Shown: piece after piece, positions 1-11,856 of the stretch
How the letters are laid out: each line of letters opens with the position of its first letter
Position numbering within the stretch: the first letter of the stretch is position 1
NCBI GenBank assembly: GCA_002269645.1
Contig: NIVC01000691.1
Location: 62,001-126,000, forward strand
DNA length: 64,000 nt
Direction of reading: 5' to 3'
Origin: Macrostomum lignano
Taxonomy: Eukaryota
The notes under the pieces: generated by a model
The model's database searches: none
What the model saw: the letters and a program-made list of their open reading frames with translations, nothing else
Told to the model about the DNA's origin: nothing
Program-made: the position numbers and the translations under genes

Positions 1-943
1 GCTCTCTTTGCTGCAGCTCTCTCTGCTGTTGCTCTCTCTGCTGTTGCTCTCTCTGCTGTTGCTCTCTCTGCTGTTGCTCTCTCTGCTGTTTCTCTCTCTG
101 CTGTTGCTCTCTCTGCTGTTGCTCTCTCTGCTGTTGCTCTCTCTGCTGTTGCTCTCTCTGCTGTTGCTCTCTCTGCTGTTTCTCTCTCTGCTGCTGCTCT
201 CTCTGCCGTTGCTGAAGATTATTGAGATACCGTCTCTGCTGCTCATAAGAATCATTTGCTCTATCTTGACCTTGAAATTGACCTTGCTGATTTTTTACGT
301 CTAAAAGTGAATTCTGGTGCGCATTCTTATTGCTTTTAAAATCTTGGTCACTACCATTAGTATCTGTACGGCCAACACTGTGAGCAGCATTGCCAGGCTT
401 CTGATGAGCCGGTGCCCGAGAATCGAATGTTCCGCTCGATCCTCGATCAGACTCGCCAGGCGAAAGAGCTGACGAATAAGAAGCAGACTGAGCGGAACCA
501 CCAGGTACTGTCGGTTTAGCAACACCTGTGCCAGAGTTTGGCCAATTATTGTTGCTACCCGCAGGAGGACTGGCTTCCTTCAACTCAATCGGAGGTGCTC
601 CATCACTCTTGCCACAAACGCTGCATATCCTTCGCGTAGAATCCTCGTTGATGAAAGTGCAGAATTGGCACTGCCAGCCACCGCTGCTGCTAGAAGCAGG
701 TGGCGGAGATGTTGGTTGAGGCGGTGGCGGTCGTTTTGGCGGCGTGCGGCCTGACTGGGGAGATCGTGAAGGACCAGCGGCCGGCCCGGGCTGGTAGGGT
801 CTGGTCTGGTGATTTTTCCGATTCGGATGGTTGTGCCAAATCTGGTCGCAGCTTTTGCACAGCAGATTCCGGCTGCAGCCGGCTGTTTCGCACTGCACTT
901 CGGCTGGGTAATCGCCACAAAAGCTACAGTCTACTGTAGCCAT
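1..943 (-). CDS. HOIP/RNF31-family paralog, 5' part: B-box + NZF zinc finger + QQQRE repeat; runs off the left edge of the window
   Basis: Manual translation from ATG at 943: MATVDCSFCGDYPAEVQCETAGCSRNLLCKSCDQIWHNHPNRKNH (B-box) ... WQCQFCTFINEDSTRRICSVCGK (RanBP2/NZF) ... QQQRE repeats. No stop before position 1, so it is absent from the ORF track. Confidence 0.8.
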   Translation of the reverse strand, partial: MATVDCSFCGDYPAEVQCETAGCSRNLLCKSCDQIWHNHPNRKNHQTRPYQPGPAAGPSRSPQSGRTPPKRPPPPQPTSPPPASSSSGGWQCQFCTFINEDSTRRICSVCGKSDGAPPIELKEASPPAGSNNNWPNSGTGVAKPTVPGGSAQSASYSSALSPGESDRGSSGTFDSRAPAHQKPGNAAHSVGRTDTNGSDQDFKSNKNAHQNSLLDVKNQQGQFQGQDRANDSYEQQRRYLNNLQQRQREQQQREKQQREQQQREQQQREQQQREQQQREQQQREKQQREQQQREQQQREQQQREQQQRELQQRE

Positions 944-1173
944 ACTGCGCTCAGTGGGAGTATTGACTGCTTGGTTAATATTTGATTGACTTAAAAAAGG
1001 TTGGCTCTAAATAATCCCAGACTAAGCTATTTAGAACCAGATGAAACCTCGTTTGAAAGTTGTAAAACTGTGAGCCTTGGTGAACTTTTTTTACTGTCGT
1101 TACTATTTGAAATCATTATGGAGTCTCAAAAAATAACACCTCAGAACAATAAAATAACTAATATTTGATTAAA

Positions 1174-1466
1174 CCTGCCCCAATTAGGCCAGATGTGCAA
1201 CCGACATCTCAGCCGCAGCTATTGCGCGGCGCATCTGAAGGCTGCGTACGGCTGTACAGTACAAGGACCTGGGGGGTTACTCCACACTCCCTCAATTACA
1301 CACTGAATTACCCTAGCTAATGCTGGCACCTATTTTACAGCTGGGTGAACTGAAGCAATGCAGAGCTGAGTTTCTTGCTCAAGGACACAAATCCCCCCGA
1401 GTAGGTCGAGAATCGAACCCCCGACCTTTATCTCGTGCGTCCGACGCTCTATAACCACGAGGCTAC
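1174..1466 (-). mobile_element. tRNA-derived SINE family A, copy 1 (CORE/MIR-like central domain)
   Basis: Minus strand begins TAGCCTCGTGGTTATAGAGCG...GGTTCGATTC (Pol III A/B boxes), followed by TGTGTCCTTGAGCAAG...CAGTTCACCCAGCTGTAAAATAGG. Homologous copies at 2543-2823 and 6140-6380. Confidence 0.75.
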
Positions 1467-2123
1467 AACCTTCATTGATGAATTTATTATTATGACCAAA
1501 TAATGCGGTACATATTTCTACTCTAATGCTTGTGCTATTATTAAGTGGAAGCTAAAAAACTACATTTAATGTTGCCTGTTGGAGTAAAACTATTAAAAAT
1601 CTGAAAATCATTTCAAACCAACATCCGTTTGGTACACATAAGAATCTCATTAAATACGCACATTTATTTAACATATTCAGCACATTGATTGCAAATATTG
1701 GCAACAGTAAGCAAATAGAAAGCGCGTTTTTTCATCGACTGGCTAATATTTCCGCGAGTTATTTATTCAAAACCTCATGTGAGGTTTTGAGGTCTATTTG
1801 TACCTTTACCATCAGTATAGTATCATCAGTCTGTAACAGTCTATTTTAATTTATTGATATATTGCTCAATAGTAAAAATCTTCTAAACAGACTGATAATC
1901 AAAAAAGTACAATACGAGTATTGATTTCCTATTTAAGGCTGCGATCAACGACCAGCTTGCATCAATCAGGTCGAGTCCATTAGATGCAGTATAACAGAAT
2001 CCTTAAAGACGACTCGAAGCTGCATCAGACGGCTGGTTTACAACTTTCTCAGCCATCCGGAAATCTATGAAGAGGATTCAACATCTTCCGTGACAAATGA
2101 AGCATCAACCAGTTGATCTGGCA

Positions 2124-2438
2124 TCAAGACGGAGTATCAGCTTTGCCGCACAAGTTTAGCAACAGCAATGCAAAGAGCAGAACTGCTGGACCATTAAAAA
2201 TCCAGAATTCGATGTTAAAAAATCTGCGCGATGAAACTTCAGTGCTAGATGGACTTATAGAAACTTCAGACTGCTGCTGATGATAAGGTTCGGTCACGTG
2301 ATTTTTACGATTAGGGTGTCCGTGCCAGAGCGAGTCGCAGCTGCGGCACAGAATGTTGCGGCTGCAGGCGGGCGTACTGCAGTAGACGGCGGCTGGATTG
2401 TCGCCGCAGAAACTGCAGTCTACTATTGATGACGTCAT
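2124..2438 (-). CDS. Short B-box-only ORF related to the HOIP B-box (truncated paralog or first exon)
   Basis: MTSSIVDCSFCGDNPAAVYCSTPACSRNILCRSCDSLWHGHPNRKNH matches the B-boxes at 1-943 and 30601-34143; ATG at 2438. Confidence 0.55.
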   Translation of the reverse strand: MTSSIVDCSFCGDNPAAVYCSTPACSRNILCRSCDSLWHGHPNRKNHVTEPYHQQQSEVSISPSSTEVSSRRFFNIEFWIFNGPAVLLFALLLLNLCGKADTPS

Positions 2439-2542
2439 GGAGAGCAAGTGGAACTGGGCGACGAGAGTGGTCAGCATGAGAAAATATAAAATACTTTCTT
2501 CAATAATAATAGCTCGTAATAAAAAAATGATAACACATGTCT

Positions 2543-2823
2543 CAATTGGGCCAGATGTGCAACCGACAGCTCAGCCGCAGCTATTGCACGGCGCATCTGA
2601 AGACTGCGTACGGCTGTTCAGTCCAAGGACTGGGGGGGGGGGGGTCGCCACACCCAACCTTCAATTACCCGAGCTAATGCTGGCACCCATTTTACACCTA
2701 GGTGAACTGAAGCAATGCAGAGTTAAGTGTCTTGCTCAATCAAGGACACAAATTGTTTCGAGTGGGTCGAGAATCGAATCCCCGACCTTCAAGTCATGAG
2801 CCCGACGCTTCATCCACTAGGCT
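2543..2823 (-). mobile_element. SINE family A, copy 2
   Basis: Aligns by eye with 1174-1466 (ggccagatgtgcaaccgaca...gagaatcgaa...cgacgct). Confidence 0.75.
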
Positions 2824-2901
2824 GAAACCCCTTGCGGTAGGCTACACCCCCCTACTAGGCGACACCCCTAGAATTTTTAAATCAGAATATCTGATAAAAA
2901 A

Positions 2902-3270
2902 GAGGACGTAGCCCAGTGGTCCAGCGCGGCGCTCTGATATTCCAGCGGCCCAGGCTCGATTCCAATTGCAGTCAGCAGTAATCTAAATTAATATGGGGCT
3001 AAATTGGAATCTCGGCTTGGCTCTGTTCGCGCAATTAACGCCCTTAAGGCCTAAACCCAAGACACAGTGAAGTGTACATGCACAACGATAAATAAAGTTA
3101 GCGCCGCTGTACACTCCTGTGTGAGTGTGTGCCTGTGCGTATGACTGCGTACGTATCCGCGCGCTTTTGTGCCTGCTCAGGGGAGTCGAGGGAATGGGCA
3201 GCAATGCCTCTCGCCGGTTGTGTGACAATGTCGCTTAAAGTGCGCCAGGGTGCACACAGCCCCCTGCCTC
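2902..3270 (+). mobile_element. tRNA-derived SINE family B, copy 1
   Basis: Head GTAGCCCAGTGGTCCAGCGCG...GGCTCGATTCC (A/B-box-like); body homologous to inverted copies at 25025-25390 and 56648-57005. Confidence 0.7.
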
Positions 3271-4117
3271 TAATCTATATAACTAAATAAGAAATCTGTG
3301 AAAAAATAAAACTGGCAGTTCAGCACGGCAATCTTTCGTCACTTAGTCATTTAGTTTTGGCTATTTGCTATCCTATCCATTCTTATCTGCTGCTCGACAT
3401 TAGATTTTAAAACGTATTGATCTAATAGATTATTACCTGAATTCCAGTACCAATAAACAATAACTAAAAAATAGTTTGATCAGCAACAACAAAAACTTCC
3501 TATATAAAAGCCATAGCTACATACATAACTGTAAAATGATAACTAGAAAACACAGCCAATTGAAAGAACTGGCGTTTTAAGCAGATCAAAAAACGGAAAA
3601 GTTTATTTCTTCTTATAAAATTTGGCCTTTAGCTAGAGTAAAAAAAGACTTTTCGCACAAAAAAATACTAATAACTGCAATACTTTGCATTCAAAAAAGT
3701 TTTACTGGGATAAAATTTGCACAATGCAGTAAATTTAATATTCTGGCACTTCAAATTTGCAACAAAATACATGTACAGTAATAGTTCGCAGAAAACCATA
3801 AAAAATGCCATTAGAATTAGAAATTTGTCACCATCAGAGCGGTAAGAAAACTCGAAATGATAAAATCGAGAATACGTTTAGCGTGTCTTTAAAGAACGTT
3901 TACGGATAATGTGTTCGGAAGTTAAAACCATATGAAAACACATAATTAAGCAGTATTCAGAAAATACAAAACCATCTGGTATATACTTGTAATTTAGGTA
4001 TACTCTTGATTGTGTGGCAACTATCAAAACTTATAAATGAGCAAAAGAAAGGCAAGGATATATAAGAAAAGAATCCGATTCTCTTCGCTATTTAAACAGG
4101 CTTAGTCTCGATAAAAA

Positions 4118-5719
4118 TTAAGACCGAAGCGGAACTTGGCGCACGATCAGTGCACGCAAAGCTGTCGCGTCTGTGGAAATACTACTCTGAACCTCAATTT
4201 TATGCCTTCTGCAAGTTTCCTTCAACTGCTCAACGTCCATCACCTCAACTGGATCCAAGCGATTCTTGTTGATCAGCGATACAAGGTACTCTTTGTAGTG
4301 CTTGCCGCACAGTTTTGCGTGACCCTCAACGGGTCTGCCGCAAGCTTCGTCAACCAGATTGCCACTCTCTTTCTGCTCCATCACATTGCAGGTACCAGAA
4401 GTGGCGCCTTCTGCAGCCGTCTCGTACTGAACCCCGTGGTCGCTGAGCAGCTTCTGAAGACTTCGCACAGTAAAGTCTCTCAGGTAGAACAGACAGTCTC
4501 TCGGATGCTCGCAGACGAGACCTCGACCGTGCAGTCTTTTGAAAAAGCCGCCGCAACCTGAGCAAAACTCTGCCCGACACGGCGGCCGGCAGGTGAAGTG
4601 CATGCACCCGCCCTTCGCCAGCGCGTATTTGAACTTGCACTTCGGACACTCGATGCCGTTGTTTTCTAGAAACGCTGCCACTCCCTTCGCTTGGTAGTCC
4701 GGATCATTCTCCACCAGCCACTGCTGGAACTGCTCGCAGCTGATTTTCTCGTGCTGCTCTCGCCACTGCTTGCGGCACTGCTTGCACGTGTACTTTGAGC
4801 ACTGGTTGCACTGGAACTTCAGACCCCGCATCTGCTCACTCAGTACAACTCCATTTGGACAGTGGCTGCACCACCGGAAATTCGGGTCCCGCATCAGGTT
4901 CCAATCGCGAAGCCTCTGCTCGAGCATGTTGATCTTGTCAGCCTCGAACCTGATCTCGGCATGCTGGAAGCTTTTCACCTGGATTAGCAGATACTCAAAA
5001 TAGTTCTCCAGCTCCGCTTCGTTCTCAGAGTCCGGTGTGTTACAGATCGGACACTGAAGATGAGACACATGATCGTTGTTGTCCAGACTGGCGGACACAA
5101 AGTTCCGGAAGCAGCTGAAGCACAACTTGCACTGGCAGGAGGCCATCTGGAGAACTTTATGCCTGGGAAAGCTATCAAAACAGATGGGACACTCGTTCTT
5201 GAAGTACGCACTCACAAAGTCCACGTAGTCAAGCTGGTCTCCGCAACTGCGAACAGCTTCGGCCAAATCGTTTGGATCGAAATCCCGGAACTCTGGCTGT
5301 TCGCGAAGCTTAATAAAGTTAGCCGAGTGTTCCAGTTTAGTGAAACTGAATCTTAACATCAAGTCTATCATCTCTTCGTTATTTTCATTGTCCTCATCAA
5401 CATCACTGAGTGACCGAGATGTTAAGCTTAGGAAGGACAGCTCAGACTGCAGCTGCTCTGATTCAGGCGGCGACTCTGACACAAAAAGCAGCCAAGAGCC
5501 GCAGGCGGAGCAATAGTGGCGGCTTCTTGGGTTGAGAAGAGTGCACCTGATGCACAGGTATTGACCAGTGCGCTGGTTTACATCAGTCACAATTTCCTTT
5601 AAGCTGTGACAGGATTCGCAAACTTTGCAGAAGATGCGTCCTTCGCTGACTGGCAGGCAGAAGGCGACAAACTCGTTGTTAAAAGTGCAAATCTTGCACT
5701 CCCAGTTGACGCAATCCAT
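4118..5719 (-). CDS. RNF31-like: HOIP/RNF31-like RBR E3 ligase, short form (2 NZF, RING1-IBR-RING2, LDD), 533 aa
   Basis: CPKCKFKYALAKGGCMHFTC (catalytic Cys/His), HPRDCLFYLRD and EQKE..DEACG..LCGKHYKEYLVSLIN..LDP closely match the human HOIP RING2-LDD. Confidence 0.9.
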   Translation of the reverse strand: MDCVNWECKICTFNNEFVAFCLPVSEGRIFCKVCESCHSLKEIVTDVNQRTGQYLCIRCTLLNPRSRHYCSACGSWLLFVSESPPESEQLQSELSFLSLTSRSLSDVDEDNENNEEMIDLMLRFSFTKLEHSANFIKLREQPEFRDFDPNDLAEAVRSCGDQLDYVDFVSAYFKNECPICFDSFPRHKVLQMASCQCKLCFSCFRNFVSASLDNNDHVSHLQCPICNTPDSENEAELENYFEYLLIQVKSFQHAEIRFEADKINMLEQRLRDWNLMRDPNFRWCSHCPNGVVLSEQMRGLKFQCNQCSKYTCKQCRKQWREQHEKISCEQFQQWLVENDPDYQAKGVAAFLENNGIECPKCKFKYALAKGGCMHFTCRPPCRAEFCSGCGGFFKRLHGRGLVCEHPRDCLFYLRDFTVRSLQKLLSDHGVQYETAAEGATSGTCNVMEQKESGNLVDEACGRPVEGHAKLCGKHYKEYLVSLINKNRLDPVEVMDVEQLKETCRRHKIEVQSSISTDATALRALIVRQVPLRS

Positions 5720-6139
5720 CGTGGTAACAGCGCTTGAGCTGTCTTAAATCGCACATGAAAGTGAGAAGTCAGATACATAAACAGATGAATTTCACAGAGC
5801 AATGATAACGAAGAAAGATCATTTCTAAACTTTGTAAAAAAACAATTTAAGTTCTAACAAGTTTAAATGATATTTCCCATATAATCTAGTTGAAAAGTGA
5901 TCTTATTTTAAAGAGAAATTTCATTGAAATTTAAGAGACACTTATTAGCAGTCTATCAGTAGAATATCAACAAATAAATGATTTGCTTGTTTTGTCTTTA
6001 ACTGACAGCAATTAATTTGGTCACCCAATGAGTCATAGGTCTTTCACAGCTTCAGGGAGTGGAGAAGCTAAAGGACTGCATGATACACAGGTTATTACTC
6101 GTAATTCAAAAAAATAATAACAGTAATTGATTAATTACA

Positions 6140-6380
6140 CCTGGCCCAATTGGGCTAGATGTGCAACCGACAGCTCAGCCGCAGCTATTGCGCGGCGCAT
6201 CTGAAGGCTGCGTACGGCTGTTCAGTCCAAGGACTGGGGAGTCGCCACACACACCCTCAATTACCCCAGCTAATGCAGGCACCCATTTTACAGCGGGTGA
6301 ACAGGAACAGGTTCCAGTGGGATCGGGAATCGAGCCCCTGACCTTCAAGTCGTGAGTCCGACGCTCCAACCACTAGGCTA
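6140..6380 (-). mobile_element. SINE family A, copy 3 (internal deletion)
   Basis: Homologous to 1174-1466; tRNA-like head TAGCCTAGTGGTTGGAGCGTCGG...GGCTCGATTCC on the minus strand. Confidence 0.75.
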
Positions 6381-7933
6381 GGCAATTATTAACCCCAAAC
6401 AAGAATAAGCCAGAAAGGATCCAGATGATTGTGCTAAAAAAAGATAATAATAAAAAACCAACCACCTATGAGGGACTGCTTATCATACTGAACACACACT
6501 AAAAGTGGGGTCTAACCTTGCTAAGGCAGACGGAGACCGTTTCCTGGTTTGTTTGCCTTCTTCAAACAACCACAGCCACATGCCGACCTCTCCCACCTCT
6601 CTCAGTGTACACAGACGTTTTCTGTATGGAAAATTTGTTCGGGTAATGGGAAAGATTTTACGACTCAAATCTTTACTCGTCTACTTTTCTGAGTAGTTTA
6701 ACTTGAATCTCTCATACATCAAATCTTCTGGGACTATTCTGCTGGACATAAGTTTTCGAAAGTAAACATAATAAGAAAGAAGAGCAATTACACCTAGCCA
6801 AGCTTTGGCAAAATAAAATGCTTTCCGTCTTACAATTGTGTTTTATTGCTCACACTGCTCAATTACTCACATAATATGGAAATCCTCATGACCGCAAAAT
6901 TTAACAAGTTTAATTGGAACTTTTGAAATATATTTTAAAAAGTTTCATCTGAACAAAAAAATCAACAAAAACCAATCGAAAGTTCTAGAATAGTTCAAAT
7001 AGTCGTAATGGACAAACAATATTGTGGCGCTGATTGGAATAACAATATTGACACGTCGGAAGTTAGTCGTTAGTTGATCACAAAATTACGCTGGTATTAT
7101 GCAAGAACACACTTAGGTTGAAGCAATTGTATCCGTCTTGTAACCAGACGCTTTATCGATAGAAAAAATGTTTAACCCAAGAAGGAAAATCAAACGAAAA
7201 CTTGTGGATAAACTTTGCAATATTGCATATGTAGTAGAAAATAGTTTAAGGGGTTGAGGCAAATTTGCTTTTACGCTACTGTTAGTAGTTTCCGTTCGAA
7301 AAAGTTTCAGTAGTAAAAGTTAGTCAGGGCTTTGTGGGAAGTAAAGTGAAGTCTGTCTTCAAAGTTACAACTTTGAAATTTAAGATACAGGGGAAGTTCA
7401 AGGCTGCACAAGAAGAGTCCTGCCTCAACAATCAGGAATCAGGCAAAAAAATACCTCAAAAGGAATTGGATTCCTGCCTTTGTAGTTTAATCTCTCAATG
7501 GGCAATAGATATACAATTAAAACGCATGCACCACGCATCACTCAAGGGGGATGATCTGAATAAATATAAAAATAATCATTAGCTTTTACTAAAAATAAAG
7601 CAAAGTGGAGAAACTTTAAACTGGCAGGTAAGAAACCAGCTGTAAACTGTATGTAGTTTTTGCAAACGACGTTATCAATGTTTCGAATAAAACTTTGAAA
7701 GCGAGTATAGCACATATTATGCACCTTAACTGCAGTATAAATATTTTACCTTGCAAAAGCCCAATGATGATATCTGCTAGTAAGCAACTAGCTCTTAGAA
7801 TTGTACACAAAAATGTAGCGTAATTCGTAGCATAATCCAACAATTAAAGTTATAAAACGAATATCAATTTAACAATATATCAGAATATGACCTCAAAGAA
7901 GAAAATGGGAAGTTTTTTTAGTCAACAAATACA

Positions 7934-9835
7934 TCAACCCCAAATATCTAGGCCACTTTCAAAATCCACGTCATAAGAGTTGAACATCGACTCGGAGCCA
8001 CCGAAAGCGCCATCTGCACCCGATCCACCCTTCGAAGGCGTGGTTTTGCCGCACACAGTGCAAAGAACACGCAAACCATTGGAGACGCTGGGCGCAGTTG
8101 GAGACACGGCGGTGCAGTGCGGGCAGGTAAAGTCAACTGAAGTTGAAATCTCCGACAATGTGGGTGACAAATCGCGACGATTAAAATTAAGCTTCGGTTT
8201 ATTGTTTGACGAAAAAAAATCCAGTCGCATGGGACGCTGGGCGAGACCCGGGTTCAAACATTTCGATGGTGCCACTAGAGGCGCAGATGTAGGTCGCTGC
8301 GCTTTGCCCACCTTACTGCTCATAGGGCCAGCCAGAAAGTCCGGCGCACCTACACGGTCCTTCTTCTTGTTGCCACGCATGGCGCTGGCCAGGGCCTCCT
8401 TGAGGTGCGACTCGCACAGACCCGCCTCCACCACCGGCCTCCCGCACTCCCCGTCCTCCAGACCGCCTCCTGACGTCTCCTTCTGCTCCTGGACGCTGCA
8501 CCGACCTCCAGCGCCCGCCACTCCGACAAGCTCCAGCTCAACGCCCCGATCCAGCGCCGTCTGCCGAACCTTCTCCAACGGCCAGTCTCTGAACGTCTCC
8601 ACACACTCCGACCCGTGGTGGCAGTGCAGTCCCTTGTTCCCGCCGCAGCACTCCTGTCGAACAAACAGACTGCCGCAGTCGCTGCAGAACTCCGCCTTGC
8701 ACTGCCTGCACGTCAGGTGAAGACAGCCGCCTCGAGACAGCTCGAACTGGAAGCCGCACTTTGGACACGAGCTGCCCCGACTCTCCAGGAACTGCGCCAG
8801 TCCGCGCTCGCTCAAGTCCGTCTGCTGACGCCACTCGCCGAACTGCTGGCAGCTCACGCCTCGGTGCCGCTCGTGCCACGCCTTGCCGCACTTCCTGCAC
8901 GTCTCCTTGCCGCAGTGCGGACACCGCACCTGTCTGTCGTGGTGCTCCGACACCTCGAAACCGTTCGAGCACCCGCTGCACCAGCAGAAGTTGTCCGTCA
9001 GCTTCAGTCGCCAGTCGCGCAGTCTCTCATCCAGCTTCTTCATCACTACGGGCTTTAGCTTGCCCGCCAACAACCTCTGCAGCAGCGGAAAGTACTCGCA
9101 CGACGTGTCCGTCAGAGCTCGGTCGTCCAGCTTGTCGCACACCGGACACGTCAGCACCGACACCGAGCTGTCGTGCATCAGGCGCACCTCGATCTGCTGG
9201 CACAGACAGTCGCTGCAGACCTCGCAGCCGCACAGGGGAACCTCGACCAGCTTCTTGTCGTCGATGCACACTGGGCAATCTTTGCTAGCAGTAGTTTCCA
9301 TTGGAGCTGCTTTAGAGTTTCGAATAGAAATAGCTCTGAGCGGTCGAATTTGATCCCACTGCAGCACACCTTCAGTAGCCCTGTGAGTAGGGTAAAACGG
9401 CTTCAAACTCCTAGTGAAAATGTCATTCGCTTCTACAGCACCTGGGTCCCGCTCTTCGCCTATGCATCTTCGAAGACCCAATGTGCTGCTTGTCTCGCTC
9501 ATCCGGGTCCTCGAAAATCGCTGAGACATACTAATGCTCAAAGGTTCGGCTGCTGCATCCGTTTCGGCGTCTCGCAAACTCCACGAAGCACGGGATTCAT
9601 CGTCAAAGCTTTGCCTGTGCTGTTGGTTTTTACGAGGCTTTGGCTTGGGTGCCCGCTCAAGATGCTGTGCTCTCTGCTGTCGCTGGTGCAGATCCAGAAG
9701 CTCCTCACAAGAGACTGACTTGGAACACACGCTGCAGATGATGCGGCTTTTAGGATTTGAAGTGTCGCACATGGCCGAGTTGATAAATGTGCAGTGCTGG
9801 CACTGCCACTCAATGTTTTGGCTAGCTGATGCCAT
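7934..9835 (-). CDS. RNF31-like: HOIP-like RBR E3 ligase, divergent type B (NZF, RBR, truncated LDD, C-terminal NZF)
   Basis: First in-frame ATG at 9835 (MASASQNIEWQCQHCTFIN); CPVC-x-RING1, IBR, CPKCGFQFELSRGGCLHLTC, FRDW, VQEQKE..DGECG..LCESH; C-terminal FTCPHCT...LCTVCGK. Confidence 0.85.
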   Translation of the reverse strand: MASASQNIEWQCQHCTFINSAMCDTSNPKSRIICSVCSKSVSCEELLDLHQRQQRAQHLERAPKPKPRKNQQHRQSFDDESRASWSLRDAETDAAAEPLSISMSQRFSRTRMSETSSTLGLRRCIGEERDPGAVEANDIFTRSLKPFYPTHRATEGVLQWDQIRPLRAISIRNSKAAPMETTASKDCPVCIDDKKLVEVPLCGCEVCSDCLCQQIEVRLMHDSSVSVLTCPVCDKLDDRALTDTSCEYFPLLQRLLAGKLKPVVMKKLDERLRDWRLKLTDNFCWCSGCSNGFEVSEHHDRQVRCPHCGKETCRKCGKAWHERHRGVSCQQFGEWRQQTDLSERGLAQFLESRGSSCPKCGFQFELSRGGCLHLTCRQCKAEFCSDCGSLFVRQECCGGNKGLHCHHGSECVETFRDWPLEKVRQTALDRGVELELVGVAGAGGRCSVQEQKETSGGGLEDGECGRPVVEAGLCESHLKEALASAMRGNKKKDRVGAPDFLAGPMSSKVGKAQRPTSAPLVAPSKCLNPGLAQRPMRLDFFSSNNKPKLNFNRRDLSPTLSEISTSVDFTCPHCTAVSPTAPSVSNGLRVLCTVCGKTTPSKGGSGADGAFGGSESMFNSYDVDFESGLDIWG

Positions 9836-11856
9836 GCGATTTGGTGCTGCAAGCTTGCAAACCTTTGCTGCAAGGAGTTTATTTAAACAAAATTTAGTCA
9901 ACTTTGAACTAAAAGGATAATCAGTTTGAGAAAACAATGTTGGAAAGCTTGCAATATAAATTTCTAAGACTTAGGAGGAACTCAAAAATATCATAGTAAT
10001 GTAATATAATATAGGTAAATAGTATCCTATACTACTCATGTTAGATATATATCATAAGAGCGATTAGATTATGTATATTTTTTCAATAAACATCCGCCCC
10101 ATATGCTCTTTTAGTAGTAAAATTAGCGCTTTCAGCTGTTATCTAATTCAATAGAGAGTGGCATATACAGTGACTTTAGCAGCTCGTAGTAGTACCAGTG
10201 GCCTCTACCATTAGCTAAATATTTTCGTTAACTTTACTATGTAAAACTTATAAAGAAAAAAACGATTTGAGACTCGCAATGCAATGCGAAGGCAATTTAA
10301 ATCTCAAAAGTATATTTTATAAAAATATTTTAAGCCATCTTGTTAAAAATACCGCTGTTGACTTAAAAAAAATCAATTATTGTAGCAAAATATGAACTAG
10401 GATAAAAATAATTGGACAATAAATTTGATTGGCCTAATTTGGAAACTTTTAAGAAACGTATCAACAGTGAGCATACCGGTATACAGGTACACACTTAAGG
10501 TGGAAACTTATGAAGGCGAAGACATAATTCTAATTCTAGACAAATTGGATTTTGAAAAAAAACTTTAAACAAATCAAGAATTTAATACTAAAATCATTAA
10601 GGCTGATTAACATTATCATAGAATGAGCAATCAAGTCGCACTATCGATGTAAAAAGGAATGAAAGCTGCTGTAGGAGTTACGAGCGTAACCACACGAAAT
10701 TGGACCTTTATTTGATTTGATGTCAGTGTAAACAACACTTTGCCTCTTTTGACGAACACACTTAAGAAAACTTTATTTACTAGCAGTCGAAAAATAGTGT
10801 CACGAAAATTTCCTGCAAACAACTGCGTGTAGTGACGATTGAAAGTTTTCAAAATACACTACAAATCGATTGAGCATCAATTGATTGCTTGTTTAAGCTA
10901 ATTCATTTTACTGCCATATTTCATAGAACAAGCTTAAAATCAACTAATTGTCTACGCAGTAAATTGACTCAAATGTAATTAACTGTGTACCTGCAAATGT
11001 CATGCGACACAAAAAAGAAAGGACATCAAAACAACGAGAAACAAATACAAAATGGAAATATATAATAAAAATACTAAACGATGCTTTTTACACGTGCTTT
11101 CTTTGATTTCTTTCTAGCAAGCAGTTTCTGCCTACACTGCTCACTTTGGCAAGTGGCTTTTATCTACTTGTCGAAACTTGTCTCTGACAATGCTCTTAGT
11201 GCTTGAGCAGCTAGAATGCATTGTGCGCTGAAACTTACAAGAAAATATTTTTTTAATTAAGACAAAAATTCGGCCGCAAGTGACGCCCGCCCCTCGGCCC
11301 TCGCCCATACAGCGAAGACGGGGTGAAAGGCCCCTGGCTAGAGGAAGGGGCAGATAAAACGCACGCAAAGTACTCGTACACAGAGTGCACAAAGCTGTCC
11401 CAGAGAGAGCAAAGTGACTCATAATAAAACACACATATGCTTTGCCTACGGTAGTGTAATCAAAATTCTTCCTCGAGAAATCTACACTACCGCCTATCGA
11501 TCAAAAAAGTAAGTGACAATGCGCTAGTATGCAAAATTAAAGTATACAAGGGCTATAAACAGAGAAAAAGTAAAAAACCATCAACGATTCATCACTTGCA
11601 TAAAATCAAAAAGAGTCAGAAGTTATTGAACATAAAAAATTCACAAGACTTCTCACAAAAATCAGCAAAATACATGTTGTTTTAACAAAATTATGAAACA
11701 TTTTAAAACAATAATTTGAACACATACTCGAGACGAGCATTTCAGATTTTGTAACATGGCAATTTAAAAACAAAAGTTAAAGCCGCGAAGGAATGAATAG
11801 CTCGACTAACTGTTTTGTTCATCAACTTTCTACATTTACACCATGGCTTCTTTTTC

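Noticed and set aside
1400-1466. Possible tRNA genes (also ~2760-2823, 2902-2965, 6320-6380)
   Set aside because: They have A/B boxes but no complete cloverleaf, and each is attached to a repeated SINE body.
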